From a virus, in the IMG/VR virus record IMGVR_UViG_3300045974_000067, positions 5,714 through 69,713 of that record: 64,000 nt of DNA; one strand, given 5' to 3'. Below, one piece after another: positions 29,901-39,329 of the stretch. The position numbers and the translations under genes were made by a program. Numbering within the stretch: the stretch's first letter is position 1; every line of letters begins with the position of its first letter. Below the pieces are notes generated by a model that was given only the letters and a program-made list of their open reading frames with translations, was not told where the DNA came from and did no database searches.

Positions 29901-32490
29901 CGAGTGCTCCAAAGATACCACCTATACCAGCACCTGCAGTCATAACTCCTGACCTAAAAGCTTCTTTTGCTTCTCCAAGTTTCTTGCCTATATTAGAACT
30001 AACCTCTTTAAGACCATCTGTAGTTTTACTTAGATTCTTTATTTCACTACCAAGTGCTTGAGCATCTAATTTACGATCTCTAGCTGCTTGTACAGCAGAT
30101 GTCACGCTATCTCTAGCTGATTGAATGTCTGCACGAGAAGATAAAGTATTCGCTTGTGTAGCCCTTAGATTATTTAAGGCAGATGTTACATTACTATTTG
30201 CAGACTGTAACATATCCTTTTGTTTAGTTTGGAACAGGTCTAATTTAGTAGTATTTTCTGCAATTTTCTTGTCCATCATCCCTTTCGTAAATGCTTGAAC
30301 AATATTGCTACCAAATTTTGTTGGGAATGTAGCAAGAGTTGTAGCACCTTCAAGCATAAACTTTCTGCCACTTTCAAACAGAAGTGACATCTTAGCAATT
30401 AGTGCTAGTGTTCCACCAAAGCCTCTATCTCCAAAAATACCTGATCCAAATAACATATCAGTACTAAACTTAATAATTCTAAGCATACCTATCTGCAATG
30501 TACTCGTAATTTTATTTAAAGTTTCATCACTAATAATATTACCCGCAGATATACCAAAGGCAGTTGTAAGTAAACCAAATAGTGCACTCCTGACTGGACC
30601 TGCATCAATAGCCATAGTAATACCTTTAGCTACTACTAGAGCTACAGCACCAATAGCTGGTAATTGCAGCATTGGAGGTAGTGCATTTATAAAGTCATGA
30701 CCCATAATCCTCTGGCCAGATGATCTTTGAGGTCCACGTGCGACATTAGCTTCTGTATCATACGCTTGATTAGGTATTGTAGCTAAGAAACCAGGTACAG
30801 TACCTGGAGTAGTGTCTTTAATACTAAGCATTTGCTTAACAGTATGCGCTAGTGTAGACGCAGGATTTGTTAAAGTTTTTATTGCAGTATATGCTGCACC
30901 AACTGCTAATGCTAGTAGCTTAAATGAGCCTGTTAAACTACTAGAGAATAATAGTAGAATAGGCCCAACTGTCATTATAGTATCAAAGAAACCACCTAAT
31001 CCTATATTCTTAAACGCATCACTAATAAAGGTAGTAAACTCTTTAATATAGGCAATAGGCGTACCTAATAGCTTACCAATCCACATTATAATACCTTCTA
31101 CTAAATCTGGTATCCAAGAGTGTCCTATTACCCTGTCATATAACCAAAAGAAAGCTCTCTCGACTGTATTTACCCAGTCTAAAACTATTTTCTTCATTGG
31201 TTCTAAATGTGGTATAAACTTAGAGACATCAATTGTTTTAAAATTAAACCCAGTGAAGTTATTAATAACGTCAGAAACTTTAGATAACCCACTAAGCAAC
31301 ATAGATGGTAATCTAGTAAAGAAATTTAGTATATCTACTTCTAGGAATGCAATCTTAGTCTTAATATTATATACAATAACATCGAGCCTATCAGCAAATC
31401 TTGCAATAGCTAGCGCTGCATCATTAATCATCTCTGGCAAACCGAAGCCTTTCTTTCGATTAGCACCAAAGATTACACTATTAATAGAATTGAATAAAAG
31501 AAATACTGAATTATGTAAGTTAATAAATGCTTGAGCGAATGTAAGCCCTACGCTCTTGAACTTTTCATTGACTTCAGCAGAACCTTTAAGTAGTGCACCA
31601 AATACTTCTTTAGATGTTAATTGACCAGCAGCGCCCATTGCACGCAATTGTCCAGTAGTAACTCCTAAACTATCAGAAATTACTTTACCTAGAGCAGGAG
31701 CATCTTCAAGAACAGCTTTAAGATCTTGTCCTTGTAATGTACCAGCACTAAGACCTTGTCCTAGCTGTAAAATTGCCATACTAGCCATTTGTGCACTAGC
31801 ACCAGACATCGCAAGAGCTTTAGCTACTGTTTGTGTAACTACAGCTACATCATTCTGTGAAGTGCCAAGTGTAGATGAAGCGTTAGATAACTTTTGATAA
31901 AGTTCTGCAACATCTGCAATTTGCATTCTAGTAGATAATGCAACATTTCTAATATTATCAAATGCGAACTCAGCAGCTGGTGCTGTCTTAGTTACTAAAG
32001 CAATACGTGTATTAAGTCCTGTTAACGCATCAGATAGAGAAGTGATAGCAGCAGCAGTTCCTACTAATGCTGTTGCACTGCCTAAAAATACCATTAAATT
32101 ACCAAAACTATCTTTAGCAGACTCAATATTAGATTTAACAGTTGTTAATGAACTATTTATTGAAGCTAAAGAACTCTTATCTAAGGAAACATCACCTATA
32201 ATATTAGCTTTAGTGGGTTTTGAAATAGCTGTTTTAATTGAGGCAACTGTTTTGTCTAAAGTAGCAACAGATTTATTATTGTCTACAAAATCAATTTTAA
32301 TGCTTGAATTCTTTTTTACATCGGTAAGATTTTTATTAGCATTACTTAATACAGTGTTTACATCCACTCCTGATGTTTTAAAAACAATATCTGCTCTATT
32401 ACTGTTCAACGTATTTATTTTAGCTCGTAACCTATCAATTACGTTGTCTACAGCAGAGCCGTCAGCTACTAGTTGTAGTTCAATAGACAT
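26929..32490 (-). CDS. Tape measure protein with lytic transglycosylase (SLT) domain
   Basis: Tape-measure N-domain (QLGQGLSAGTLQGQDLKAVLE); SLT motifs ESGFNPEAIS, GVGQL, AAYNWGEG, ETKNYV; C-terminal FASGG..GPGTGTSDSI.A.LSNGEFV. Confidence 0.93.
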   Translation of the reverse strand: MSIELQLVADGSAVDNVIDRLRAKINTLNSNRADIVFKTSGVDVNTVLSNANKNLTDVKKNSSIKIDFVDNNKSVATLDKTVASIKTAISKPTKANIIGDVSLDKSSLASINSSLTTVKSNIESAKDSFGNLMVFLGSATALVGTAAAITSLSDALTGLNTRIALVTKTAPAAEFAFDNIRNVALSTRMQIADVAELYQKLSNASSTLGTSQNDVAVVTQTVAKALAMSGASAQMASMAILQLGQGLSAGTLQGQDLKAVLEDAPALGKVISDSLGVTTGQLRAMGAAGQLTSKEVFGALLKGSAEVNEKFKSVGLTFAQAFINLHNSVFLLFNSINSVIFGANRKKGFGLPEMINDAALAIARFADRLDVIVYNIKTKIAFLEVDILNFFTRLPSMLLSGLSKVSDVINNFTGFNFKTIDVSKFIPHLEPMKKIVLDWVNTVERAFFWLYDRVIGHSWIPDLVEGIIMWIGKLLGTPIAYIKEFTTFISDAFKNIGLGGFFDTIMTVGPILLLFSSSLTGSFKLLALAVGAAYTAIKTLTNPASTLAHTVKQMLSIKDTTPGTVPGFLATIPNQAYDTEANVARGPQRSSGQRIMGHDFINALPPMLQLPAIGAVALVVAKGITMAIDAGPVRSALFGLLTTAFGISAGNIISDETLNKITSTLQIGMLRIIKFSTDMLFGSGIFGDRGFGGTLALIAKMSLLFESGRKFMLEGATTLATFPTKFGSNIVQAFTKGMMDKKIAENTTKLDLFQTKQKDMLQSANSNVTSALNNLRATQANTLSSRADIQSARDSVTSAVQAARDRKLDAQALGSEIKNLSKTTDGLKEVSSNIGKKLGEAKEAFRSGVMTAGAGIGGIFGALGGFNIGSKIAEDMVGYPGWAQIGVVMGSSLLGQLLGSSVGAAISSMILFAFTNPIGLAIIGISAAIVTGYTLWKNWDWFSPQLEKWSHLGKIWIQDLLGIRPSPKIEAKQEERSNVQSQIDKLMFKSLTATGTQAQAYGDRIDELKAQRDVIDAQLYELSDTNGKHILETIKGWTKDTAGAIKEFFGKAYNSSFANMNPIGSAHAASPNTANYIATARDIATKNKLNPDFVSQLLHSESGFNPEAISRTGNIGVGQLGLGVASDAKLKISDSAKVWEEKVVTLYNELGGRTKDLAKAIEAVGPKPADFLDERFNPYTNIKVSIEHLKHLFDKYGSEAYDKVAAAYNWGEGNLDKLLKKANPHIPSFDVLKKGVLNVASLPDETKNYVAKNVPKFKEVFNVPEVKAATDDVTGTFTTAFEQITTLVSPWLEKLKTMFGITVDKDGTLAKQIRTSVMTVDATANYLADELKKNGITENLDLLNKMSKEELIAMAEYIDTLRAAKDPIALAKAKIIPGSGENEVAIDKVMKAIAERLTPEKIAATSSFKMPEIPQIASTTPFTDRVSKAKTDAEALSILNNALKGANAETIAMDVFKNIKAEDLQQTLKFLDDIDKAKNTTAEGALAQRILDSTVVEAKTHLGTFVKNINFAAKEAFAALSEPALSAEAMQAGTDFAKSVKTDMISGIRGIITGTTTTGNVIKDMFNKFTSTFLDNAITGFVNGLMTQTGWDKDLQKYMSSAFGGFEKVGTGIGAKVTAPFQNKLTTDNPLYSDNGNGVDIATSIKQGIEDGSATGAKSVGDAMDTSAKTSLSDVLSKGWSNLGDVLSSAWKGLTGLFSGGSGGTGGISLGGIGNSISSGWSSFTSWLGFASGGLVNGPGTGTSDSIMAALSNGEFVVNADSTKKYGKLLHSINSGAMPKFADGGIVGNYSPMTPSLNTLKAIPTAKKTQTQSTFNINITGDVSRQTRSEIQKMIPEIAGGVNTHNYERGNRR

Positions 32491-32536
32491 ATAAAATCCT
32501 TTGTAAAAAACCCTGACAAAATCCTAGAAGGATTTA

Positions 32537-32854
32537 TCAGGGTCGTCTTACTGTTATGATACTACCTAATGGTTTACCATATTTTAATGCAGTTCTTTCT
32601 ACAAAGTGTGCTGAAGCTTGCTTAGAGGAGCCATTATTAAGTCTTTCAATATAAACTACATTGTTACTTATAACAGCTTCATCTTTATTAAGTCGGACTA
32701 GATTCCAACCAGACCTTGCTTTACCTGTTTTAATTGGAGTAGCTGCTCTTAATTCGTTTAGCATAGTTTGAGTAGCTTTGAAAATCTCCAATTCTAACTT
32801 ATCTTTAATTTTATTACGTAAGTTATTTAATGTAGAATCAATATTTTTAATCAT
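32537..32854 (-). CDS. HK97 gp10-like tail completion protein
   Basis: TPIKTGKARSGW...NNVVYIERLNNGSSKQA. Confidence 0.85.
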   Translation of the reverse strand: MIKNIDSTLNNLRNKIKDKLELEIFKATQTMLNELRAATPIKTGKARSGWNLVRLNKDEAVISNNVVYIERLNNGSSKQASAHFVERTALKYGKPLGSIITVRRP

Positions 32855-33171
32855 ACGATTTTGTCTCCATCAACAGCCTTCTGCATCATTGTAAACATAA
32901 CAGAACCAGTAAGACCTTTTATGCCTATTGTAGATACTTCTTGTATATGCCTTAGCGATGGAAATACATCTTCTGGTTTAATTTCAGCACCAAAAGAACG
33001 CATAATAAGAGATGTCCTATAATCTTCTTGCCAGCCTGGTGGTTGCTTATCAAAGTAAGCTATCCATCCTAAGAATTCTTCATAGGACATCTCGTCCATA
33101 ATTATGTAAACTGGCAGATGAAGTTTATATGCAATATCGAATATTTGCATCTCTTCATCTGTTAATTTCAT
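32851..33171 (-). CDS. Tail assembly chaperone, second part (gpT-like)
   Basis: MSYEEFLGWIAYF motif; position before tape measure. Confidence 0.75.
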   Translation of the reverse strand: MKLTDEEMQIFDIAYKLHLPVYIIMDEMSYEEFLGWIAYFDKQPPGWQEDYRTSLIMRSFGAEIKPEDVFPSLRHIQEVSTIGIKGLTGSVMFTMMQKAVDGDKIV

Positions 33172-33494
33172 TTCTTAGTGTCTGGCTGAACTAAACCTGA
33201 ATGCTTCATAATTTCATTAGATAACTTAGCTAACTCATCGATAGGAAAATCATACATCTCATCTTCTGTTAGATCAGCTAATTCAGGTGCACCTAATTGA
33301 ATTACATGAACAATAGTTTTAATATTATCCATTTCAGAGGGTGATTCTTCAAATGATTTTACAAGCTTCTGTACATCAATAACTTGAGCAACCGTTAATT
33401 TTTGGATATCAATTTGCTCGCCCATAAATTTAACTTTAACAGGAGCTTTAGATCCAACAAAACGATTCTTTTCACCTGGCACTTTAATACCCAT
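33168..33494 (-). CDS. Tail assembly chaperone (gpG-like)
   Basis: Position after major tail gene; ELAKLSNEIMKHSGL terminus. Confidence 0.7.
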   Translation of the reverse strand: MGIKVPGEKNRFVGSKAPVKVKFMGEQIDIQKLTVAQVIDVQKLVKSFEESPSEMDNIKTIVHVIQLGAPELADLTEDEMYDFPIDELAKLSNEIMKHSGLVQPDTKK

Positions 33495-33496
33495 TT

Positions 33497-33733
33497 TTAA
33501 GTCCCTAAAATAGATTTACAAATTGGCAAATCATCTATCTGCTTCTTTAAAGCATGTAATGCAGTTAATGTTTTAAAGATCTCAGAAGCTCTTTCCTGAT
33601 CATCTGCAGTTTCAGCAATTCTTTCAGATGTTTTAAAAATACTAACATCAACTTCTCTGCGCATCCTTCTTACAGTAGCTTGCATAATAAAGTCCATGCG
33701 AAGAGGTTTGCTATTTAAGTTTCTATGATCCAT
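33497..33733 (-). CDS. Hypothetical protein
   Basis: ORF track. Confidence 0.6.
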   Translation of the reverse strand: MDHRNLNSKPLRMDFIMQATVRRMRREVDVSIFKTSERIAETADDQERASEIFKTLTALHALKKQIDDLPICKSILGT

Positions 33734-33812
33734 ATGTTCTCTTATCGTAATGATTAGGGACGCCCTATCTTGTCATTTAATATCGAGCATCTGCTGATAT
33801 CCCTTAGTTCAC

Positions 33813-34409
33813 TTAAACAGTGTAAGCACCATAAAAGTCAGACTGAATAGACAGCGTCAAAACTGCTGTCATAGAGTCTTTCAGATCAGGCTTCACAAGC
33901 ATAGCTTCCAACTTACCATTCCAGTAGTACTCAGAATTACCCACAGTACCAAGTTCGCCAGCAACACTGCCAAAACCAGCCGGTTCAGCAGTCAACAACG
34001 AAAAGCGCCAGGCACGCAGGATACCATCACCTACCATGTTACCTAAAGCCTGGGCAACAGTGGCACCCTTAGCCCAGTCAACTGGGATAAAGTTGATAGT
34101 AACTTGCAAAGAAGGTGCATCTGCCTGACCTTGAATAGTCTTAGCTTGTTTAGTTCCGAATTCAGGAACATTAACAATGTTAGCAGGTGTACCAATTTCT
34201 GGGAACGTACGAACATTTTTAATACGATGGAAAGAACCAGAAGCACCAGCAGTGCCAAGATTTTCAGTTGCAAACAACGCTACAAAAGCAGACTCACTAG
34301 GACTTGCTAAAGCAGTAGCAGCACCTAAGTAAGTAGTAGAACTTACTGTACCAGTGGCAACAGACAGATCTGAATAGATCGCTGCACCGAGATTGTTGAT
34401 ATGTGGCAT
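33813..34409 (-). CDS. Major tail tube protein
   Basis: I.NV..FPEIG.PANIVNVP.FG...IQGQADAP.L..TINF; synteny. Confidence 0.85.
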   Translation of the reverse strand: MPHINNLGAAIYSDLSVATGTVSSTTYLGAATALASPSESAFVALFATENLGTAGASGSFHRIKNVRTFPEIGTPANIVNVPEFGTKQAKTIQGQADAPSLQVTINFIPVDWAKGATVAQALGNMVGDGILRAWRFSLLTAEPAGFGSVAGELGTVGNSEYYWNGKLEAMLVKPDLKDSMTAVLTLSIQSDFYGAYTV

Positions 34410-34420
34410 CTTATTTACCT

Positions 34421-34834
34421 TTACAAGTTATTACTGCAATATGAAAAATTTATTGAGTAATTAGTCCTAAACAAGGTAGGATCATCGGGATCACCGCCTA
34501 CTGTAGACAAACTACTTGAGAAAAATTGAGTAGCGCCGTTAGTATTAGGTATTATTTTTCCTACTAGATAATCATCCAATTTATCAGCAATGATATTAGC
34601 ACGCTTTGGAGTAGCACCTGCAGGAATAAAAATATCAATAATGACCTGTCCACTGATAGATCTTAAAGGATTTGTTGGATTGTACTGACCAGCTAAAATG
34701 GCAACTCTTATAAATTCTTCACCAGTGTTAACTGCTGAAAAATTTTCAGGAAAAGTCTTAATACCTTCAGACTTCCATTGAGTAGTACCAAATATAGAAT
34801 ATATATCTTGCTCTGTTTGTGCATATTTACCCAT
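34421..34834 (-). CDS. Tail terminator protein
   Basis: G.VIIDIFIPAG...A..IAD.L pattern; synteny. Confidence 0.75.
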   Translation of the reverse strand: MGKYAQTEQDIYSIFGTTQWKSEGIKTFPENFSAVNTGEEFIRVAILAGQYNPTNPLRSISGQVIIDIFIPAGATPKRANIIADKLDDYLVGKIIPNTNGATQFFSSSLSTVGGDPDDPTLFRTNYSINFSYCSNNL

Positions 34835-35217
34835 TATGCTTCCTTAACTATATTGACAGTCATTAAAAAACCATCATTTTCATAAGGAGGAATTAAATGC
34901 CATACATTACCATTTATTACAATATCATCATAGTCAGAGATATCAGAAATATCAGTAGCTTTGAGTAATAATTGCTTGTGTAATGCATGACTATTTACAG
35001 GTTTTGCGCTTCCACTTATCCTGCCGGTTCTCGTATTATTAACAATAATCCCTTTAATAGTTTTGTTAATAGTTGGTGTAGGTTTAGGTAGATTATCACT
35101 TGTAGTGAAGTCATATCCTTCAACCGTTCTTTGAATCAATTGAACATTAACAGCTAAATCTCCAACTGACTTGAAAGCTTTATTAACCTGAGCTGTAACA
35201 TTTCCATGTAGCCCCAT
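34834..35217 (-). CDS. Head-tail joining (stopper) protein
   Basis: Synteny between adaptor and tail terminator. Confidence 0.65.
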   Translation of the reverse strand: MGLHGNVTAQVNKAFKSVGDLAVNVQLIQRTVEGYDFTTSDNLPKPTPTINKTIKGIIVNNTRTGRISGSAKPVNSHALHKQLLLKATDISDISDYDDIVINGNVWHLIPPYENDGFLMTVNIVKEA

Positions 35218-35693
35218 TAATTAGCCCTCCACCAACTACTAGCACCACCATTTTGTAGCAAAGGTTTTATAATACGCCTAACAGTACTAGGAACTGTACT
35301 TGGAGGTAGTATTTTAGACATGCTAATACTACCAACATTAAGCCCTATAGTTCTGCCAGTATCGTCAAGAATACCATCATTATTAAGTAAGTGATAAGCA
35401 AGTTCAAATGTAGCTTCTAATATCCTAGTAGGCAATGTATCTTGTAAACGAATATTACTTCCAACACGCGGATCAAAATAAAAACCTATCCTTGGAAATG
35501 CTAACGGTTGGGATTCACTTACAGCTACTCCATTCCAGGACATATCATTAAAAATCTTTGTAGCCGTGACTAATGCCTGCGCCTTTTGTGTATCTGTAGC
35601 AGCTGTCCAAGCAGCTACATCAATACGATCCGCAAAATACGTATTGGCTTCATCGACAGTCACATATGAATTAGTTCCCTTAGTAAGTGCCAT
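35217..35693 (-). CDS. Head-tail adaptor protein
   Basis: NSYVTVDEA..YF...W......K.QAL..AT...Q.LAFPR. Confidence 0.85.
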   Translation of the reverse strand: MALTKGTNSYVTVDEANTYFADRIDVAAWTAATDTQKAQALVTATKIFNDMSWNGVAVSESQPLAFPRIGFYFDPRVGSNIRLQDTLPTRILEATFELAYHLLNNDGILDDTGRTIGLNVGSISMSKILPPSTVPSTVRRIIKPLLQNGGASSWWRAN

Positions 35694-35710
35694 AAGTGTC
35701 ACCTTTTGTC

Positions 35711-36895
35711 TTAGGAGTGAAACACAGGTAAAATCCCAAGAGACAAGGCTGAAGTAGCCTTACGCTTCCAGACACCCTTTGTAGTTGCATCAAGAGTGGT
35801 GTCAACCAGCGCTTCTTGAGTAGTGCCAGTAATCACGGCTTGATAGTCAACATCTGACGGGAACTTGGTAGCATCGCCAGTCCAATCATAACCAGCCGGA
35901 TGAGCAACATATCCCCAACGGTACCAAATATCAGTAGAACCGCCACCCTTGTATGCACGTGCATCACGGTAGATTTCAGTCGGGGTAGGAACTGCCAGAG
36001 CTTGCATGGCAACAGAGCCAGGAAGCACAACAAAGGAAGTCTTAGTACCAACGATATCTACACCTGCACCGCCGTTAAGAGCAGCAAGTTGTGCACTGCT
36101 AAAACCTTGTGAGGCACGAGTTTGAATCAGACGGAATTTACCACCAAAGATAGTAGTAAATGTGATATTACCATCTACAACACCAACATCATCCGTCAAA
36201 TTAGCTGAACGGAAAGATGCAACAGTCTCAGGTGATACGACCAAATAAGCATACTCAGGTTCGTAATCCTTCCATGCAGCACCAATAGCCTTCAGGAAGC
36301 CTTCAGCACGAGCAGCACCTTGAATAGCAGTAGTAGCTGCAATAACAGGAGCAGCACTCCCCAGATCCACATAGAATCCATAACGAGCACTAGTAGGATC
36401 ATTATCAAAGGTCTGACCACCAAGACCAGCAGAGCCAGAGCCAGTAGCCGCACCATTCAGAGCTTCACTAATAGCAACACCTTTCAGAACTGCAAGAATA
36501 GCATTATGCTCATCTTGTGCACGAGTTTCTGAGAAGTCACGACCAATCTTAGCCAGACCGTCTTGCTGTGTAACGATTTGCTGCATATTAACAGAAGTAG
36601 CACCATGCGTACGAACAGTCTTAATATAAGTACTATAGTCAGACGCAAAGGTAGTACCAGTGCCATTAGTAGAGTCAGTCAGAGAAGCAACATTGATAGT
36701 CGGGTTCAAAGGTTTGAACCAACGGACTTGACCAATGAAAGTTTCAGTAGACGTATCGATGTTGGGATTAGTTCCAACAATACCCGTTCCAGATAATTTC
36801 TTAGCACTAGTATATGCTTCGTCAGAGTAAGCAGTAATAGCAGCTTGTAGTACAAAATTTGATGCACCAGCCAAATCAGTTGTAGGCGTACCCAT
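35711..36895 (-). CDS. Major capsid protein
   Basis: 394 aa after scaffold, biased codon usage, R....GGG.TDIWYRWGYV.HP.GY.W C-terminal pattern. Confidence 0.85.
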   Translation of the reverse strand: MGTPTTDLAGASNFVLQAAITAYSDEAYTSAKKLSGTGIVGTNPNIDTSTETFIGQVRWFKPLNPTINVASLTDSTNGTGTTFASDYSTYIKTVRTHGATSVNMQQIVTQQDGLAKIGRDFSETRAQDEHNAILAVLKGVAISEALNGAATGSGSAGLGGQTFDNDPTSARYGFYVDLGSAAPVIAATTAIQGAARAEGFLKAIGAAWKDYEPEYAYLVVSPETVASFRSANLTDDVGVVDGNITFTTIFGGKFRLIQTRASQGFSSAQLAALNGGAGVDIVGTKTSFVVLPGSVAMQALAVPTPTEIYRDARAYKGGGSTDIWYRWGYVAHPAGYDWTGDATKFPSDVDYQAVITGTTQEALVDTTLDATTKGVWKRKATSALSLGILPVFHS

Positions 36896-36913
36896 TTACT
36901 TATCCTTAATAGA

Positions 36914-37612
36914 TTATCTCTTCCCAATTTTCCCTTCCGCTGCTAATTTAATAACCTCGGCTTGAGACATTGAGAATAACGATTTATTTTCCCCGGAACC
37001 ACTTCCTCCACCACCATTATTACTAGAGTTCTGAGTTCCAGCGCCAGATGATGCTTTGACTTTAAACAAAAAAGATTGTTCTTCAGCAGAAGCAAAGGCA
37101 GTAACAAAGTCGTTAATAGAGATTCCGCTACGATGTACCCATTGGTTCTTATCGTTCTGAATTAATTGATCGACAATTTCCTTTTGAGCCATCTCAAAAG
37201 CTTTAGCATTCCTAAAATCTAGACCCTTAAGTGCATCACGCACAGCAACGTCCCTACTTAATTCGGTATTTTGCTTCTCAAGAGCTGCTAATTTAGCATT
37301 AGCTTCTGCAAGTTTCAATTCAGCAATTTCTTTATGCTTTCCTTGTTCTTCCAGACGTTTTAGTTCAGCTTCTTTTTCTTTGCGTTCAATCTCAGCCTGT
37401 TTAGCTAATGCTTCATCACGTTGCTTGTAAGCATTATCTAATAGCTTCTTTGTATCCTTTAATTGCTCTGCAACTTTCTCTTGAACAAGCTTGGCAATCA
37501 GATCCTTATCTTTGTCTTCAACAGACTTCTTAGCATCAGCTTCAGCTTGAGCTAAACGTTCTGCTTCTAACTCTTCAGCAGTTTTCTGATTGTTGTTTTC
37601 ATCACTCATCAT
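36914..37612 (-). CDS. Capsid scaffolding protein
   Basis: E/K/A coiled coil, FLFK...SGAG linker, short C-terminal helix; precedes capsid. Confidence 0.85.
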   Translation of the reverse strand: MMSDENNNQKTAEELEAERLAQAEADAKKSVEDKDKDLIAKLVQEKVAEQLKDTKKLLDNAYKQRDEALAKQAEIERKEKEAELKRLEEQGKHKEIAELKLAEANAKLAALEKQNTELSRDVAVRDALKGLDFRNAKAFEMAQKEIVDQLIQNDKNQWVHRSGISINDFVTAFASAEEQSFLFKVKASSGAGTQNSSNNGGGGSGSGENKSLFSMSQAEVIKLAAEGKIGKR

Positions 37613-37660
37613 GTATTCCTTCTATGGGTACGACCCATTTAAATTAAAATTAGCACAGCT

Positions 37661-39035
37661 TTATCCTATACCATAAAAGTAACGATTATCTTTAAAGTTC
37701 TCTTGAACTGTTGCAAGAATATCGCTCTTTGTTAGTATATCTTCCTTAGTAAGTATTTTACCACCTACTCTTGACCTTCCAGCCACAGGTATCAGGCCAA
37801 TATCAATTGCTTCATTTAAGTATTTATCATAAAGGTCTCTTGGGAAACCTCTTGCTAACATCTCATCTAAAGTCGACTTGATAGAGTCCTTTTCTACAGC
37901 ATTGGCATAGATGATCCTTAAAGCTTTTCGTGCATCTAGCATATCAGCTGCATTTGTAAAGAATGCGTCATGTATCGTCGAAGTTTGTATATTACTTTTC
38001 TTACCCCATAAATGAAATTGTTTAACAAGAGTGGCATCATTAGAGTGATTACCATTAACACCAAAAGCTGTACGTGCTCTTGTAGCATCAGCAATGTCAT
38101 TTATTTTACCAGGTTTATTTCTAAACTCTTCCCACCAATTAGGTTCAGTTCTTTGTGGTATTTGAAGTATGTTATTTACCCAATTACCATTAGCATCTTT
38201 ATAAGCTAATTTTTCTTCAAAGTTTTGAGTATAATTTTGTTCTAATATTTTGCCATCAAAATTAACCCATGGAATATTAGACCAATTCTTATCTAATTTA
38301 TTAGGATAGCCAACTTCGAAACCTTTAGTAATATCCTCAGAAAACAAAGAATAATTACCTATCTTAAATCCTGTTCTACGTCTTGTTGGTGTTTTAACAC
38401 CTGTAATTAATTCAGATGTAAAACTACCAGGCACATAACCAGGAATACGATTTAAAAGTTTCTCACGCAGCGCTTCATCTTTAATACCCATGATATTATT
38501 AAGCCATGTAGGTAATTTAACACCTTTCTTATAGCTACTTAATAAACTCTGCTTTAATATTGATTGAATATCAAAAGCACTTTGTGAAGGTTTAGAATTT
38601 ATTAAAAAGTCTTGTGCTAATCTACCAAAATACTTAGTAAAATCTTTTAAAATAGGAGTAGATGACTCTAAATTTTCGCTCATTATATTAGCTATTAATT
38701 TAAAGTCTTCAGGTGTTACTATTTTATTATAAGCTCTACTAAGTTTATCTACATAGTCTTTAGTCTTACTATCTAGGAAATATAATTGATCTATTAACTC
38801 AGCACCAGGATCTAATCCTTTGTTAAAGACGTCTTTAATATCTTGTCTAAGTGCTTTTAATTCATTATAAGTCTCAGGATCAAAACTTTCATAGCGTGCC
38901 ATACGAGCGCTAATCTCACTTAATACAGCATCTCGCTCAGCAGCTTTAACAACAAGTGTTTCAGATTCTTTTCCTAATACCTTAGATAGTTTAGCTTCAA
39001 CACTGAAGATACCAGTGCGTTCACCTGCACCATAC
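37661..39035 (-). CDS. MuF-RNA polymerase fusion, exon 2 (YGAG..., NGNHSNDA, motif C IHDAF)
   Basis: Continues motif B after intron removal; carries second catalytic Asp. Confidence 0.9.
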
Positions 39036-39329
39036 CGATTTGTTAAACAGAATTCGTTAGATTCTGTCAATTTACTACAAAGCAAATATAGTTCATTTAA
39101 GTTTCCTATATTTGCTTTGTATAAATTCTGCATATTCCTATGCAGTCCAGACTATATCATCATCCCTAAGGATGTCGGGCGCTTCCACTGGACTCCCAGT
39201 GTACTCCTTTCGGATAGTCGTTGCACCTTACTGTTTTCACAGTCTTGGCTCAGGATTGACCGTTCTGGTTTTTCCCTGAGTTCACCCGATTGTCATTTAG
39301 ACATTACTGTCTAAAGCCTCTAATAAATA
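39036..39329 (-). ncRNA. Group I self-splicing intron, ORF-less, 294 nt
   Basis: P1: exon CCUU pairs with IGS GAGG (U-G at splice site); P7 AACGACUAU (39214-39222); S element GAUGAUAUAGUCUGG; P9 hairpins; terminal G; removal restores KQQNMVTL-YGAG in frame. Boundary could shift by 1 nt (Phe instead of Leu). Confidence 0.9.

Noticed and set aside
27188-32494. Long plus-strand ORFs (e.g. 27812-28516, 27188-27706, 32042-32494, also 18027-18479)
   Set aside because: Antisense shadows of well-supported minus-strand genes; no RBS or recognisable motifs
33165-33200. Programmed -1 frameshift joining the two tail chaperones
   Set aside because: No XXXYYYZ slippery heptamer is evident, and a TAA in the -1 frame lies just before the downstream ATG; the genes appear coupled by ATGA overlap
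39036-39329. Frameshift, sequencing error or two-subunit polymerase explaining the split RNAP ORFs
   Set aside because: The gap has full group I intron hallmarks and precise removal restores motif B in frame; the ATG at 39133 lies inside intron P9
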